Origin: Vicugna vicugna
Taxonomy: Eukaryota
Assembly: GCA_013265495.1 (NCBI GenBank)
Contig: MU057880.1
Location: 2,138,527-2,202,526, forward strand
Direction of reading: 5' to 3'
Length of the DNA stretch: 64,000 nt
In this document: piece after piece, positions 38,368 through 49,592 of the stretch
Layout of the letters: each line of letters begins with the position of its first letter
How positions within the stretch are numbered: the first letter of the stretch is position 1
The notes under the pieces: generated by a model
Database searches by the model: none
Told to the model about the DNA's origin: nothing
The model's input: only the letters and a program-made list of their open reading frames with translations
Made by a program: the position numbers and the translations under genes

Positions 38368-38880
38368 CTTTTTTTACCTTTTTTTCCCAGTTATACACAT
38401 ATATATTCTTTTTCATATTTTTTTTCATTACAGGCTATTGCAAGGTATTGAATATAGTTCCCTGTGCTGTACAGTGGGACCTTGTTGTTTATCTGTTTTA
38501 TATACAGTAGTGTGTATCTGTTAATCCCAAACTCCTAATTTATCCCTCCCTCAATCTCCTTTCTCCTTTGGGAACCATAAATTTGGTTTGTATGTCTGTA
38601 AATCTATTTCTAGTCTGTAAATGAGTTCATTTGTCTTTTTTTTAGGTTCCACATATAAGTGATATAATATGGTATTTGTCTTTGTCTGACCTGCTTCACT
38701 TAGAATGACGACCTCCAGGTCCATCCATGTTGCTGCAGATGGCATTATTTCATTCTTTTTTATGGCCGAGTAGTATTCCATTGTATAAATACACCACAAT
38801 TTCTTTATCCAGTCATCTGTCAATGGACACTTAGGTTGCTTCCATGTCTAGGCTACGTAAACATTGTTGCTGTGAACATT
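38368..38880 (-). mobile_element. 5'-truncated L1: ORF2 C-terminus plus 3' UTR
   Basis: ORF 38551-38823 (TDDWIKKLWCIYTMEYYSAIKKNEIMP) is the L1 ORF2p C-terminus. Confidence 0.93.
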
Positions 38881-40679
38881 TAAGGGAGTTCCCTTCTCAT
38901 GAGCACCACTGCTGTGCACACCCCTGTGTATTCTTCAGATGGGGCCATCTGGTGATCTGGACCAGGGACCCCTCACAGTGGTGAATTTTGAGAGGCTGAC
39001 ACCACCCCACCTTGAGTCAGTGTGCTTTCCGTCTTCTGTGTGTGGTTCACGGAGAACTTGCACAGACTAGAAATCAGTAGGAAGTTTGGTGTGTGGACTC
39101 TTAGGACTTGGGAGGGGGGTCCCAGAAGCCTGTCCTCACCAACATGTGGAGCGGGGACTAGAGCCCTGAGGTGACTTTGTGAAGGTCACGCTCGAGGGCA
39201 CCTGTGCGCAGCTGCTCCCATGCTGACATCTCTTCCTTACAGGGGACCCAAGTCGTCAAATGGAATTCTGGCTTCAAAGTCCCAGCACTTTGTATAAAGC
39301 TTTTCTTTATGGTTTCAGGACGTTTCATGCTTTGGGGGTCTTCAGGGGAGGTGAGACTCCCTTGATCCTGAAGCATTATTTATAGGAACACTAAAGGCGA
39401 CCATGTCAGAATAATCACATTAATTCAGTCGACCAGGTAATCTGCGTCATGTCTAACGTAACACTCTGTTGGGGTAGAAATCTGACAGTTTGGCAAATGA
39501 CTTGAAATACTTCCTTTGGAATCGTTACTCTTACGTGTTGGGGTCTTATTTGAAGCAGGTGTCCCAGGTCCGTGGGTGGACAATGTTTATTTCCGTATTT
39601 TGGTGTGTTTATTGATGAGGTTGAAGAGAAAGGCTGATGTTGGAAAACTTGGTTCCACAGGGAGCTTTGCTTTGTTGAAGCAACTTTGAACATTTTTTAC
39701 AGCAGGCTATCTCCATGGTAAGAGTTCCATAGAAATGGGTCCATACGTGTGGTTTGGTGAACTCCAGAGCGCACAGCCTGGGATTCCTTTGAAATGGGCT
39801 TAATAAGCAACTTTTAACTTTTATTTACCCCTATATTATATAGGATATTCTATTCTGTGGCTCAGGTTTCTCTTTCAAGTCCAGAGCATCAAGAAATAAA
39901 TTCTTAGCTGTTGCATTGAATTGCTTGCCCAAAACAGGATTAATTTACCTTTAAAAAAATTGTTTGCTAAGTTCAAAATGTGAGAACCCAAGGAGCTAAA
40001 GTGATTAAAGAGGAATTATCTTAATTACACTGATCCTTAAAGCCAAGTGGTTGAGAGTGAAGTGTTTGGGTTGCATTAGCTCCTTTTACCTTTGGCTTCT
40101 GGAGAATTCGTTTTTAACGAAGTCCAGCCAGTTTTCTCGGCTACCTGCCTCCACATCAGGCACCCTGTGTGTCTTCGAGTGGCTGTTCCCAATCCCCTGG
40201 TGATGGCGCAGACTCCTCTCTGGACTCCGCCTTGTTTCTAAGCCAAACCGTCTTTGCCGGGCCGGCTTCCCTAACTTTGCTTTCTTGGTTTGGGCTTAAT
40301 TCTTCATTAATTTTCAAACTGTGTATTTTTTTTTTTGTACTTGGCATTTCCCCTGTTGAAATCAAGCCATTTCTCAATCAAAGGAGGAGGCACTGTGTTG
40401 TTACAGCGTTTGGGCGGATGGAGGCAAAGCGGATGTCTGGCTATTGGAGGGAAACCAACATCCCCAAAGAGCACGCGGCACATCGGTGCTAAGTGCGGGG
40501 TGTAGGTCTGCGTTGCCCTGTGTCCCGGTCCACTGAGGAGAAACCACGCAAGCGCTCCTGGGAAGGGCGGCATTTGGATGCAGCCTTTGAGGGTGATCAG
40601 ATGGCCTCAGGGCTGGGTTCTCAGCAGGTCTCTGGATTTGCGATGCTTCACGCCAGCTCCTCAGGAGCGCCTGCGGGTA

Positions 40680-40830
40680 CCACACTATGCTGAGTGTTTG
40701 CAGGCAGTGCCCAGTCTGTCTTTCTAACCTCCCAGTGCAGTATTTGGAAAAACCCCGAGGCTTTACTGGCCAAGTAGCTAAGGTCACATAGCTGGTAGGT
40801 GTCTGGACCAGGGTCTGACTCCGAGCCAGG
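40680..40830 (-). mobile_element. MIR relic
   Basis: aaggtcacatagctggtaggtg..ccagggtctgactccgagcc. Confidence 0.55.
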
Positions 40831-42799
40831 ACTCAGAGCTGCGTGCCCCCTCCTTCCTGAGTTAAATGGCCTAATGTTTTATGAGAACGTTGTTTGGAAA
40901 CAGCAACTATTTACGAGCATCTGCTCTTTGCTAAGCTCTGCCCCAGAGCCTCAGAGAATAAGATGCAGCTCTGCCCTTGAGAAGCTATGGCCAAGGAGGC
41001 TGGCATCTCCTGCTTCGAGCTCTGGGACTTAGTTCTGGGCCCCAGGTGCTCTGGGAAGGCTCCGGGTTTACTGCACTCAGGACTCCTCCACTGATGGACT
41101 ACACAGTGGATTCTGCCTGGAAGACAAGTGCATGAAGTGTTCCCGCGGTGGCGGTGGGGTGACATATTTTAAAGTGGGCTCGAGAGGAAAAGAGGGGAAG
41201 GCGGTCTAGACCAAGGGAACCGCCTGCTCCAGAGAGCAGGGGCTGGACACGGTGCATCATGGGGGAGAGACAAGCCGGGTCCAGGGCTGAGCAGGTGCAG
41301 AGGCGGGAGGGACATGGAGAGGGGCCCTGGGTGCGCGCATTCAAAGGCCCTAATGCTGTTTGCAGGGCGTCCCCACTACAGAGTGTGCAGTTCACAGATG
41401 GCATCCGAGGAAAGGTGGTCTTCATGTTTAAGACTGAGTCAAAATCTTTCCAGTGACTTTCTGGGCAGGCTTGTAGCAGGGGTCGGCTTTGGTGTGCGCG
41501 GTTGAGACTCGGTGGCGGGGCTCCCCCCAATCGTTAGGCGCATTGGAGGTTCTGAGCAGGTGCAGGGGCAGGCTGCCTGGCTTCGGTGCGTCCATACTGC
41601 TCTCCGTTGCCTGCTTTATGTAAACAAAGAGCTGATGACACACAGCCTTCACAACAGGGATGGCAAGCAGAGGGAGGCTGGGGAAGGGTCAGGAGATTGT
41701 GATGTAGAGTTAACATCATGAGAGCTCTTCCGTCTCCAGGAGCAGAGACAGCAGCCTTCCTACTAGCTGGGGAAAGGATTTCAAGTTTCCTGGAAAACTG
41801 AATCCTATGATGTAGTTTGCACTGAGTAACCCTCGGAGTTGGGGGGGGGCATTCTGCTCCCTCGTACCCAATGCTGGAAATACTTCCAGGTATTTAAGGA
41901 GTTGCTGTGAGTGAATTCTCTTGGAGGTGCTGTCTAGATGCCATGCCGGGTTTTGGAAGCCAGACTCCTGGCATCCTAGGACAGACAGCCTTGTTCGTGA
42001 GCGGGCTCTATTTTAAGCTTCTCAGTGTTTGCAGGATGGAGATGTGCTTCTGAGTTTACACATGCCCAGCTGGCCGCTGCACCTGCCTCCAGAATCGCTG
42101 CAGAGCTCAGAAACCATTAGCGGCAGAATTCGGACTTCCGTGGTGCTTATCTGCTGCTGTTTCTGGCAGTTATTTTTGCTGGGTATTTACGAGGACATCT
42201 GTCTTTTAAAGAGTCATATTATTTATCTTTTTTCTTTTCCGCTGAGGAATGCATCAGAGCTTGCTTCCCGCACTGCCACCCGCGTTCCTAGTCTGAGGTG
42301 AGGAGACATGCAAGTTGGGACTGGTTGCCTTATCATTTCTCTTCCTAGGGCAGCAAGTCGTGCTTAAAATCAGTGTCTTCGGAAGGAACACTAGCTTAAA
42401 AATGTGATTAAGATGTGAACAGAGGAGAACAAAAAAAAACATGTTCAGTTCCTTACTGGAAATTTCTTGCTGGGTTTGGAAGAAAGGGGAACCTGCAGGG
42501 TTCCTTTCTGATTTATCTTAACTTTAAACCTTGAGACAGGCCGACAGGTGGTTTATGAACGCAGGAAACACAGTGACTTCCAGCATTTCCCTACTTTCCT
42601 ATGGAAACACATTAAAGACTCCTTCCTACTGGAGTGTGATTTCCCGTCTGATTATGCATTCGAAGGACAGAGATGGAACCCTGTGAAAACAAGGAACAGA
42701 GTTGGCTCATGTACTTTGAGGAGCAGAGATGGAGCGGGTTTGCTGGAGGCAGCTGTCCTCTGCTGGTAATCAGTTCATGTTGTTGGTGATACAAGGTAT

Positions 42800-43003
42800 T
42801 CGAGATTTATAGATGTTAACCACTATATATAAAAATAAATAAACTGTCTTCTGTATAGTACGGGGAACTATATTCAGTATCTTGTAATAACCTTTAGTGA
42901 AAAAAATACGAAGATGGATATATGTGTGTATATGCATGACAGGGACGTGGTGCTGTGCACCAGAAACTGACACATTGTAACTGACTGCACTTCAGTAAAA
43001 AAA
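42800..43003 (+). mobile_element. L1 3' UTR end
   Basis: cttctgtatagtacggggaactatattcagtatcttgtaataacc..gacacattgtaactgactgcacttcagtaaaaaaa. Confidence 0.88.
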
Positions 43004-43408
43004 GACACTGAGGGGTTACCTCTTGAATAAGCAGCAGTGTCTCAGTACGTGACTGCCTTTCCTTTTATTTATAAACATAAGTGCACTCTATTTCTGGAGG
43101 CCTCCATGAGAATGAATTCTTTGACCCTGTGATGGGAGACTAGATCTCAAAGCCCGTTTAGTGTTTTTTAGAGTTTCAGATGCAGTTTCACGTGGATTAT
43201 AGTTATGTATTGTGGCTTCAACTGTATCGTTATTTTGTGTTAGTCACAAAACCATCTGACCATTTGTAGAAAGATCGACAGTCCAAACATCGCAGGTATT
43301 TCTCAGTGGTCAAATCTGGTCAGGATCCTGGGAGATGCTGAGAGAGCCTTAGACGCCACATTGATAAGTGCTGATTCTTGAAAAAGTGGTTTTCACCTCT
43401 GTTTTCTT

Positions 43409-43663
43409 TTCTTTTCTTTGTTTTGTTTTTTTAACTTTTTTTTGTTGATTTATAATCATTTTACAATGTTGTGTCAAGTTCCAGTTAGAGCACAATTTTT
43501 CAGTTATACATGAACATATATATATTCATTGTCACATTTTTTTCTCTGTGAGCTACCATAAGATCTTGTGTATATTTCCCTGTGCTATACAGGATAATCT
43601 TGTTTATCTATTCTACAATTTTGAAATCCCATCTATCCCTTCTCACCCTCCGCCCTCTTGGCA
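43409..43663 (-). mobile_element. Young L1 3' UTR end (distinct subfamily)
   Basis: Perfect 14-bp TSD acctctgttttctt (43395-43408, 43664-43677) and a long T-rich tail. Confidence 0.92.
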
Positions 43664-45715
43664 ACCTCTGTTTTCTTGAGAATAGTAACTGGCTTGAAGT
43701 TCCCGGGTGTGCTCAAGAATTTAAAATTAGGGATTAAATAACCTCTGTATGTTAAAAAAAAAAGAAAAGAAAAGAAAAGAAAGCACTCTTCCGGCACTCT
43801 AGAAAATGTATCTGTAATCTGTGCTGATAACTTTTAACAGGCATCGGTTGGACATGCCATTAAACTAACTGCTTCAGAATGGTTTCCTTTTAGAACTGAC
43901 ATTCACATCCTCGGAAATCAACCAGGGTGCCTGGATTTCCGGTTTCCTTGCCGTGTTCCTTGGCAGTCATTTCCGAAGGGGCCAGCCTCCTGTAGCAGAA
44001 CACTCAGAGGTGCAAATCTTCTGGAAGACGTGCAAATGCCACACTTTTGCTTGAAAAATGGAAAAAAAATTGGACTTATTTGAATATATATGCTGGACAT
44101 TTCAAACCTGCAGAAAGCACAGGAAGTACTTTTGGGGTGTGGAAATGGGCAGGGTTTCCAAACTACAAACGTTGTTTTGAGAATGTCCCCTGGTGGTGGT
44201 GAATTACATGAGACCGTGTCCTTCTAAGGGGAGCTTGTTTAACTGACTTGTGGTCCTGGAGCCCATTCAGACACTCTTAAACAAGACAAAGGGAATGGAC
44301 GTAATAACTTCTTTATGGAAAGGCTGTAAAAAGGTGCAGAACCATGTAAACAAATGGAGTCATTTACTGGATGTTTCAGTGATGGATTTGCAGCCCTGGT
44401 TCAGGGGTGTGTGTTATGTTTTATAGGATCCTGATGGTGTTCTGCCTTGAAAACGGAGTTACCAGCTTATTCTGGAGGGGGGGTCGTGTATCTGTGTGTC
44501 TTGCTTTGGTGCATGGAGACCCCTGACTGCTGTTTCATACCACAGTTTGAAAGCACACTTAAGACGTGGAGCGTTGACACTTTCCTCCACTCAGCTTTGG
44601 AGAACGGTGAGAAACCCTTGTGCGAAGTGTGGAGGTGACCTGGTTTGGGTAGCCCTCGGCTCTCTCTGTTCAAGGGAAATAAGACGATTGAAATGGAAAT
44701 TTTCCTTCCGGGCTCAGGCACGTCTAAACTAATTGTAAAATAATTGTTCTGGCAGCAGGAGGAGATGCATGACTGCAACTCTGTAAAGCAGAAATCCAGC
44801 CAGAGTTATGATTTACAGTCCCTGGAGCTCTGCCCATCCTGTAATGAAACGGTGACGATGGCCAGCTTGCTGTGACATCTCTGGTCTCACCTGAGGCCTG
44901 GGTAGAAAGTCCTGCCCCAGGTGGTCCTGCTCTGGAGAGCTGCTGTGTTGCATTGGAACATTAACGTGCCTCCTGCACAAGTGGGGGAGGGCTGTGCCCA
45001 AGGGGCCAGGCTGGGTGGGTGGGAAGGGGGCTCAGTAGGCTGGTGGCATCAGGTGACCCGCGGCCACGGGCGGGAGGCGGATGTCAACGTGGAGATCAAA
45101 GTGGGGAAGGAAACGGAACCCCTTCATGTCGGTCCTATCACTTTTCTTCATCCTATAACTTCTCCCAGTCAGGGTTGGCTCCCTCGGCCTGAAAGGAAGT
45201 GGATTGTGTAAGAAAGCTCAGTAAAAATCAATGAGCCTTTCTAAGTTTTAAAAGCCGATGGCACCATGCCGTCCTGGCAGCTTGCACGTGTTGCTGCTGG
45301 AGGTTTGGCAGCGGAAACACGGCTGCGGCTCACGGTCCTGACAAACAAGGGGGAAAGGTAGACATACCAGTTGCTGTGGAGTTGGGGCATGCTAGTTCAC
45401 TGGTCCTTTTATTTTTTTTTAATGAATAACTCAGGGCTGGATGGCCTTAAGTCTATGATAAGTCAGAGTCTCTGTGATGTTGAAAACAGCAATTCACAAC
45501 CTGTTAACCTCCCCCATGTGGCCCAGAGCTCTGCACGGTGACATCCTCCCTAAGTGAAGCTCCCTTGATGGACGGAGGTGTCTCCCACAAGGCGATGCTT
45601 GGACCTGAGGCTTCAGGGGCTCCACGCGAGCACGGAGGCCAGGCCCTGCTGGCTGTGATGTGGATAAAAGACAGGGTTTGGTGGGACCTAAAGACAAAGG
45701 CAGGTGTACCCACGT

Positions 45716-45901
45716 TAGGGGACAGGAAGGGGTACATGTGGGAGTTTGAGATTTGCAAACATTAACCACTAGATATCAAAACAGGTAAAAACCAGATTTC
45801 TTCTGTACAGCACAGGGAACTATATTCAATATCTTGTAATAACCTTTAGTGGAAAAGAATATGAAAACGAATAAATGTATGTATTAAAAAAGTTAAAAAA
45901 A
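45716..45901 (+). mobile_element. L1 3' UTR fragment lacking the usual terminal ~70 nt
   Basis: gggagtttgagatttgcaaac..cacagggaactatattcaatatcttgtaataacc, then an A-rich run. Confidence 0.85.
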
Positions 45902-46700
45902 GGCTCAAGAGAGACCCTGGGGGAGGCATGTCCAGGCAGGGGACTGGGAGATGAGCAGCGGGGGTGCTGGCAGGGTCAGGGCGGGAGGAGGGGACGGGGA
46001 GGGGACCCGAGAGCCAGCATGCAGAGTGAGGGGTCAGGGACCCACAGTCTAACGCGCGGCACCGTGACCCGACCTCAGTGGGCGGCTGCTGGGGCGGTGA
46101 GGACCGGGCCCCCCCGGGGAGCAGCGGGGGTTCAGCTTTGGGGGAAGTGAGTCTGGAGAGGATGTTTGACAACGTGAGGGAGCGATTTCAGAGGTTACCA
46201 GCAGTGGAGGAGGAGTGAGCCCTGCAGTGCGGTTTTTGTCCAGCCTCAAGTCTCATTAGTAACAGGAGAGCAGAGGTCACCAACGTCGGGTTTTTGCAGG
46301 GTCTGTGCATCCAGAGGGAGGATGAGGTGACAGGTGTGGGGTTTGGAGACGCAGGAAACAGTGGGATTGGCAGGCGAGGACCCAGGAGTGCAGCAGCAGG
46401 AGCCAGGGTGCGTGAGGTAGTGAATATAACTACGAGGAAGAGAGCGACGTGGAGAAAGGTCGGTTGAAAAGACACGTGGAGACCAGCATCAGCTAGGACT
46501 TGGTGCAGCCTGTAAAAAGCTGCAGGACTGAAAAATGAACCAGTGGAATGCACGTGACGTGACCACTTTAATGTCCTCTATTTTCCTGGTGCTGATGCCC
46601 TGAAAAATGTGCCCTCAAGTCATAAACGGTGGGCCAACACCACGGCAGGCCCTCGGGCTCTCTGCTGGACCGCTTTCACATCTGTTGGAGGCACCGCACA

Positions 46701-46743
46701 GTTTTGTTTTGTTTTGTTTTGTTTTGTTTTGTTTTGTTTTGTT
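46701..46743. repeat. (GTTTT)n pentanucleotide repeat
   Basis: Eight perfect units plus a partial unit. Confidence 0.95.
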
Positions 46744-47834
46744 CTAACACCTTGTAAAGCCATGGAGAAACCTGCTGGAGTTGGTGTCAAGTTATGGGAG
46801 TCATTTGCTCGAGAGGAGAGAGCATTTCGACAGCCTCGCAAGATGGCTGTTTTCTGAGTCTGTCTGCAGAGTGGGGGCCGTGTGTGCTCCTGTCCTGGGG
46901 AACCCTTTTCTGTGTCCCTGTGACCCTTGGCAACAGGGACTTGGAATTGGTTTGCTGAAGGATCATGACCCTTGGATCCTGCTCAAAATACAACGTGGTT
47001 TTTGTTTCTCCTGAATTTAACTGAGCAGGGGGAACCTTCACTTGTCCCCAGACAGATAGGTCTGCAGAACTGTGGTTTCTTGCAGCTCACTCAGAAGAGA
47101 TGCAGGCTTCTGAGTGACTTCGAGTATAAACACCTTACAGTTTGAAGATGAGATGGCCCAGTCCTGTGAAGTAATTAAAACTCTAAATGTGACCGATTTG
47201 GGTCTCTGGGGTCCCTCCCCAGGGCTGCTTCTGGGTGGGGGCCTGTCCAGGGAAGGAAGTGGGGTGGAGGGGCTGGGGCCTTGCTGTGCCTGAGGGACCC
47301 AAATTCAGGGACCGCTTCTGGTCCTTGGCCTCAGAACTCTGCACATGGTGGGCCCCTGACTTCCTGTGGCTTTGGTATCCAGGCACCTGCCATTGGCACC
47401 TCAGTCCCATTAGAGGGATACCAGTTACACGCATGTCTGCAGACTCCCCGGGCCTCATAGTTGGGCTGGATCTTAGCACTCCAAGTTGGAGAAGGCAGCC
47501 TGAAGCCAGCAGTTTTGGGCCCTTTTCAATATCATTCCTTCACAAGAATTCCTGATGCACAAGCCGAGAGTTACTGGTTAGCTAACGCCTGAGTATTAGC
47601 GTGTCTGGTTTCAGGCAGAGTGACTGTGTCTGTAGCTCCTGCGTCCTCACCGCATCACCCCGCGGCAGGGGCTGGCTGGCTGAACTCTGGCAGACGTGTC
47701 CTCGCTCTGCCTTCTGCATCCGGGCCTTGTCCCCGCCCCAGCTGAGCGCCTGTGGGAGTTTGACGTCAGGCAACCTCCCCGCGGTCGAGTTCTGGTGGTT
47801 GTTACTCTTGTTGAGATGGGTCCGTTGTGCCCCT

Positions 47835-47965
47835 CAGACTTAATGTGCTTACAGAGCACTGGGGAAGCTGAGTGAATCTGTTCTGATTTTGTGGGTCAGG
47901 GCTGGGGCCGGGGAGTTTGCATCCTAGCCAGCCCCCAGCTGGGCTGAGGACCAGACTTTGAGTTC
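47835..47965. mobile_element. MER5A-like hAT DNA transposon relic
   Basis: ttctgattttgtgggtcagggctggggccgggagtttgcat..gaggaccagactttgag. Confidence 0.55.
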
Positions 47966-49499
47966 TGAGGGTCTCCTGGGCTCCTTGAGGTCCGCTGTGA
48001 CCTCCCTCACTTTGATTATCTTTCTAATAAAAGAATTGCACAGAGCCCGTCTCTGCTCAGCACAGAGATGCCTCTGCACCCCGTTCCTGCAGCCCTTTTA
48101 ATCAAGAGGTCCGTTCAGTCCAAAAAACATCAAATGCCTTGTGTTCTGGGTACCAGGTCGCATCCTGAAAACGGATCACCAGAGTGCAGTCCTTGGGGTC
48201 CTTGATGTTAGCAGTCATGTGGCTTGTGACGCGCAGACGAGTGCTCAGATGCTCAGGGAAACCTGGGGGCTCCCTTTCCCAGCCACTAGAGACTCCTCAG
48301 GAGGCTGCTGGGCCAGCCGTGTCTTGGAGGATAAGGAGAATTCAACAGAAAAGGAAGAGAGTTCTAAGCAGAAGGCGTCGACTTGGGAGTGAGGACACTC
48401 TATCAAATCAACTCTGGTGGGAAGTAAGATTGGAAAAGTTATTCCTTAAATATGAAGAGCTCTGTCTGACATCCTGAGGGGCATGTTAGACCCACGAGGT
48501 GATGCAGGGAGAAGGCTGGATGCCTCTGCACTAGTTCCAAAGATAAAGGTCTGTCTTTCCCTCCATTTTCATATTTTCATGCCTACCACAGGCCAGTAAC
48601 TGTCCACTGAACAGTCAGATTTGTTTCCTGTTCGTTTGTTTTCGTGTAATTTATTTTCTGCTTTCAAAAAAAGGTGCATCGGAATGATCATGATGGACGG
48701 GGAAGCCAGAGGCAGGGACACCGATGCGAAGTCGTTGGTGGCAGTTCAGATGGAGGGGGAGGGGCAGAGATGGACCAGTTTGGCGGGGATAAGGGCCACG
48801 CATGATGTCTCCGTCACTTGGTGTTCACTACCAGGCCGGCCTTCCTGTTTTCCAGTCTGACATCCATACCTTCTCTAAACTCCCGGAATAGTGCAGAATG
48901 GACCACTGTCTACTTCAGAGCCTGATCACACACCTGCCTATTGCCCGTCATTTTCAAGTGGCAGAGTTCAGAGGGTCACGCGTGGAGCAGCCGGTGGCGC
49001 AGAGCCCCGCTGGCCGGCAGGTCTCCTAAGCGACATGAAAACAGCCCGCTTGGCGCAACGCAGTGGGCTCTGTCCGTGGGGCCCTCCGGTCCCGGGGTCC
49101 CAGAGGTCCCCGTGGACGGGCTCCCCCGAAGTCAGCCGCCTTATTTCACAACCAAGGGAGGCCACCACCGTCTGCTTCTTTTTGAGGAAGTAAAAGGGGA
49201 CACACTGCAGGGCCTGTCCGTCTTTCTGCTTAGACAGTGAAATCAGGGGACTGGGAGCCTCGCTCTGCGCGATAATGATGACTGCTTGGAATCTTATTTC
49301 CTCAGCGCGAGCACGGAATGTGTCGTTTCCAGGGAAATTATTTTTAAATAGGGAACTTCGCGAAACCATTGAGTGCAATCCGTGTATTGGAAGAAGAGCA
49401 TGACTCTCAAAAGTCCAGTTTTTAAGAGCTTTAACTTGTTTCTGTTTTGATTGTTTCCCCCTTGTGTTCTTTCTAGTTGACACATGTACTTTCTTATTT

Positions 49500-49592
49500 T
49501 TAGTTTGTTTTTCTTTTTTTCTTTTCTCTTCTCTCTTCTTTTTTCTTTTTCCTCTTTTTTCTTTTTCCTCCTTTTTCTTTTCTTTTCTTTTT
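49500..49592. repeat. Polypyrimidine (T/C) low-complexity tract
   Basis: About 85 nt almost exclusively T and C. Confidence 0.9.
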
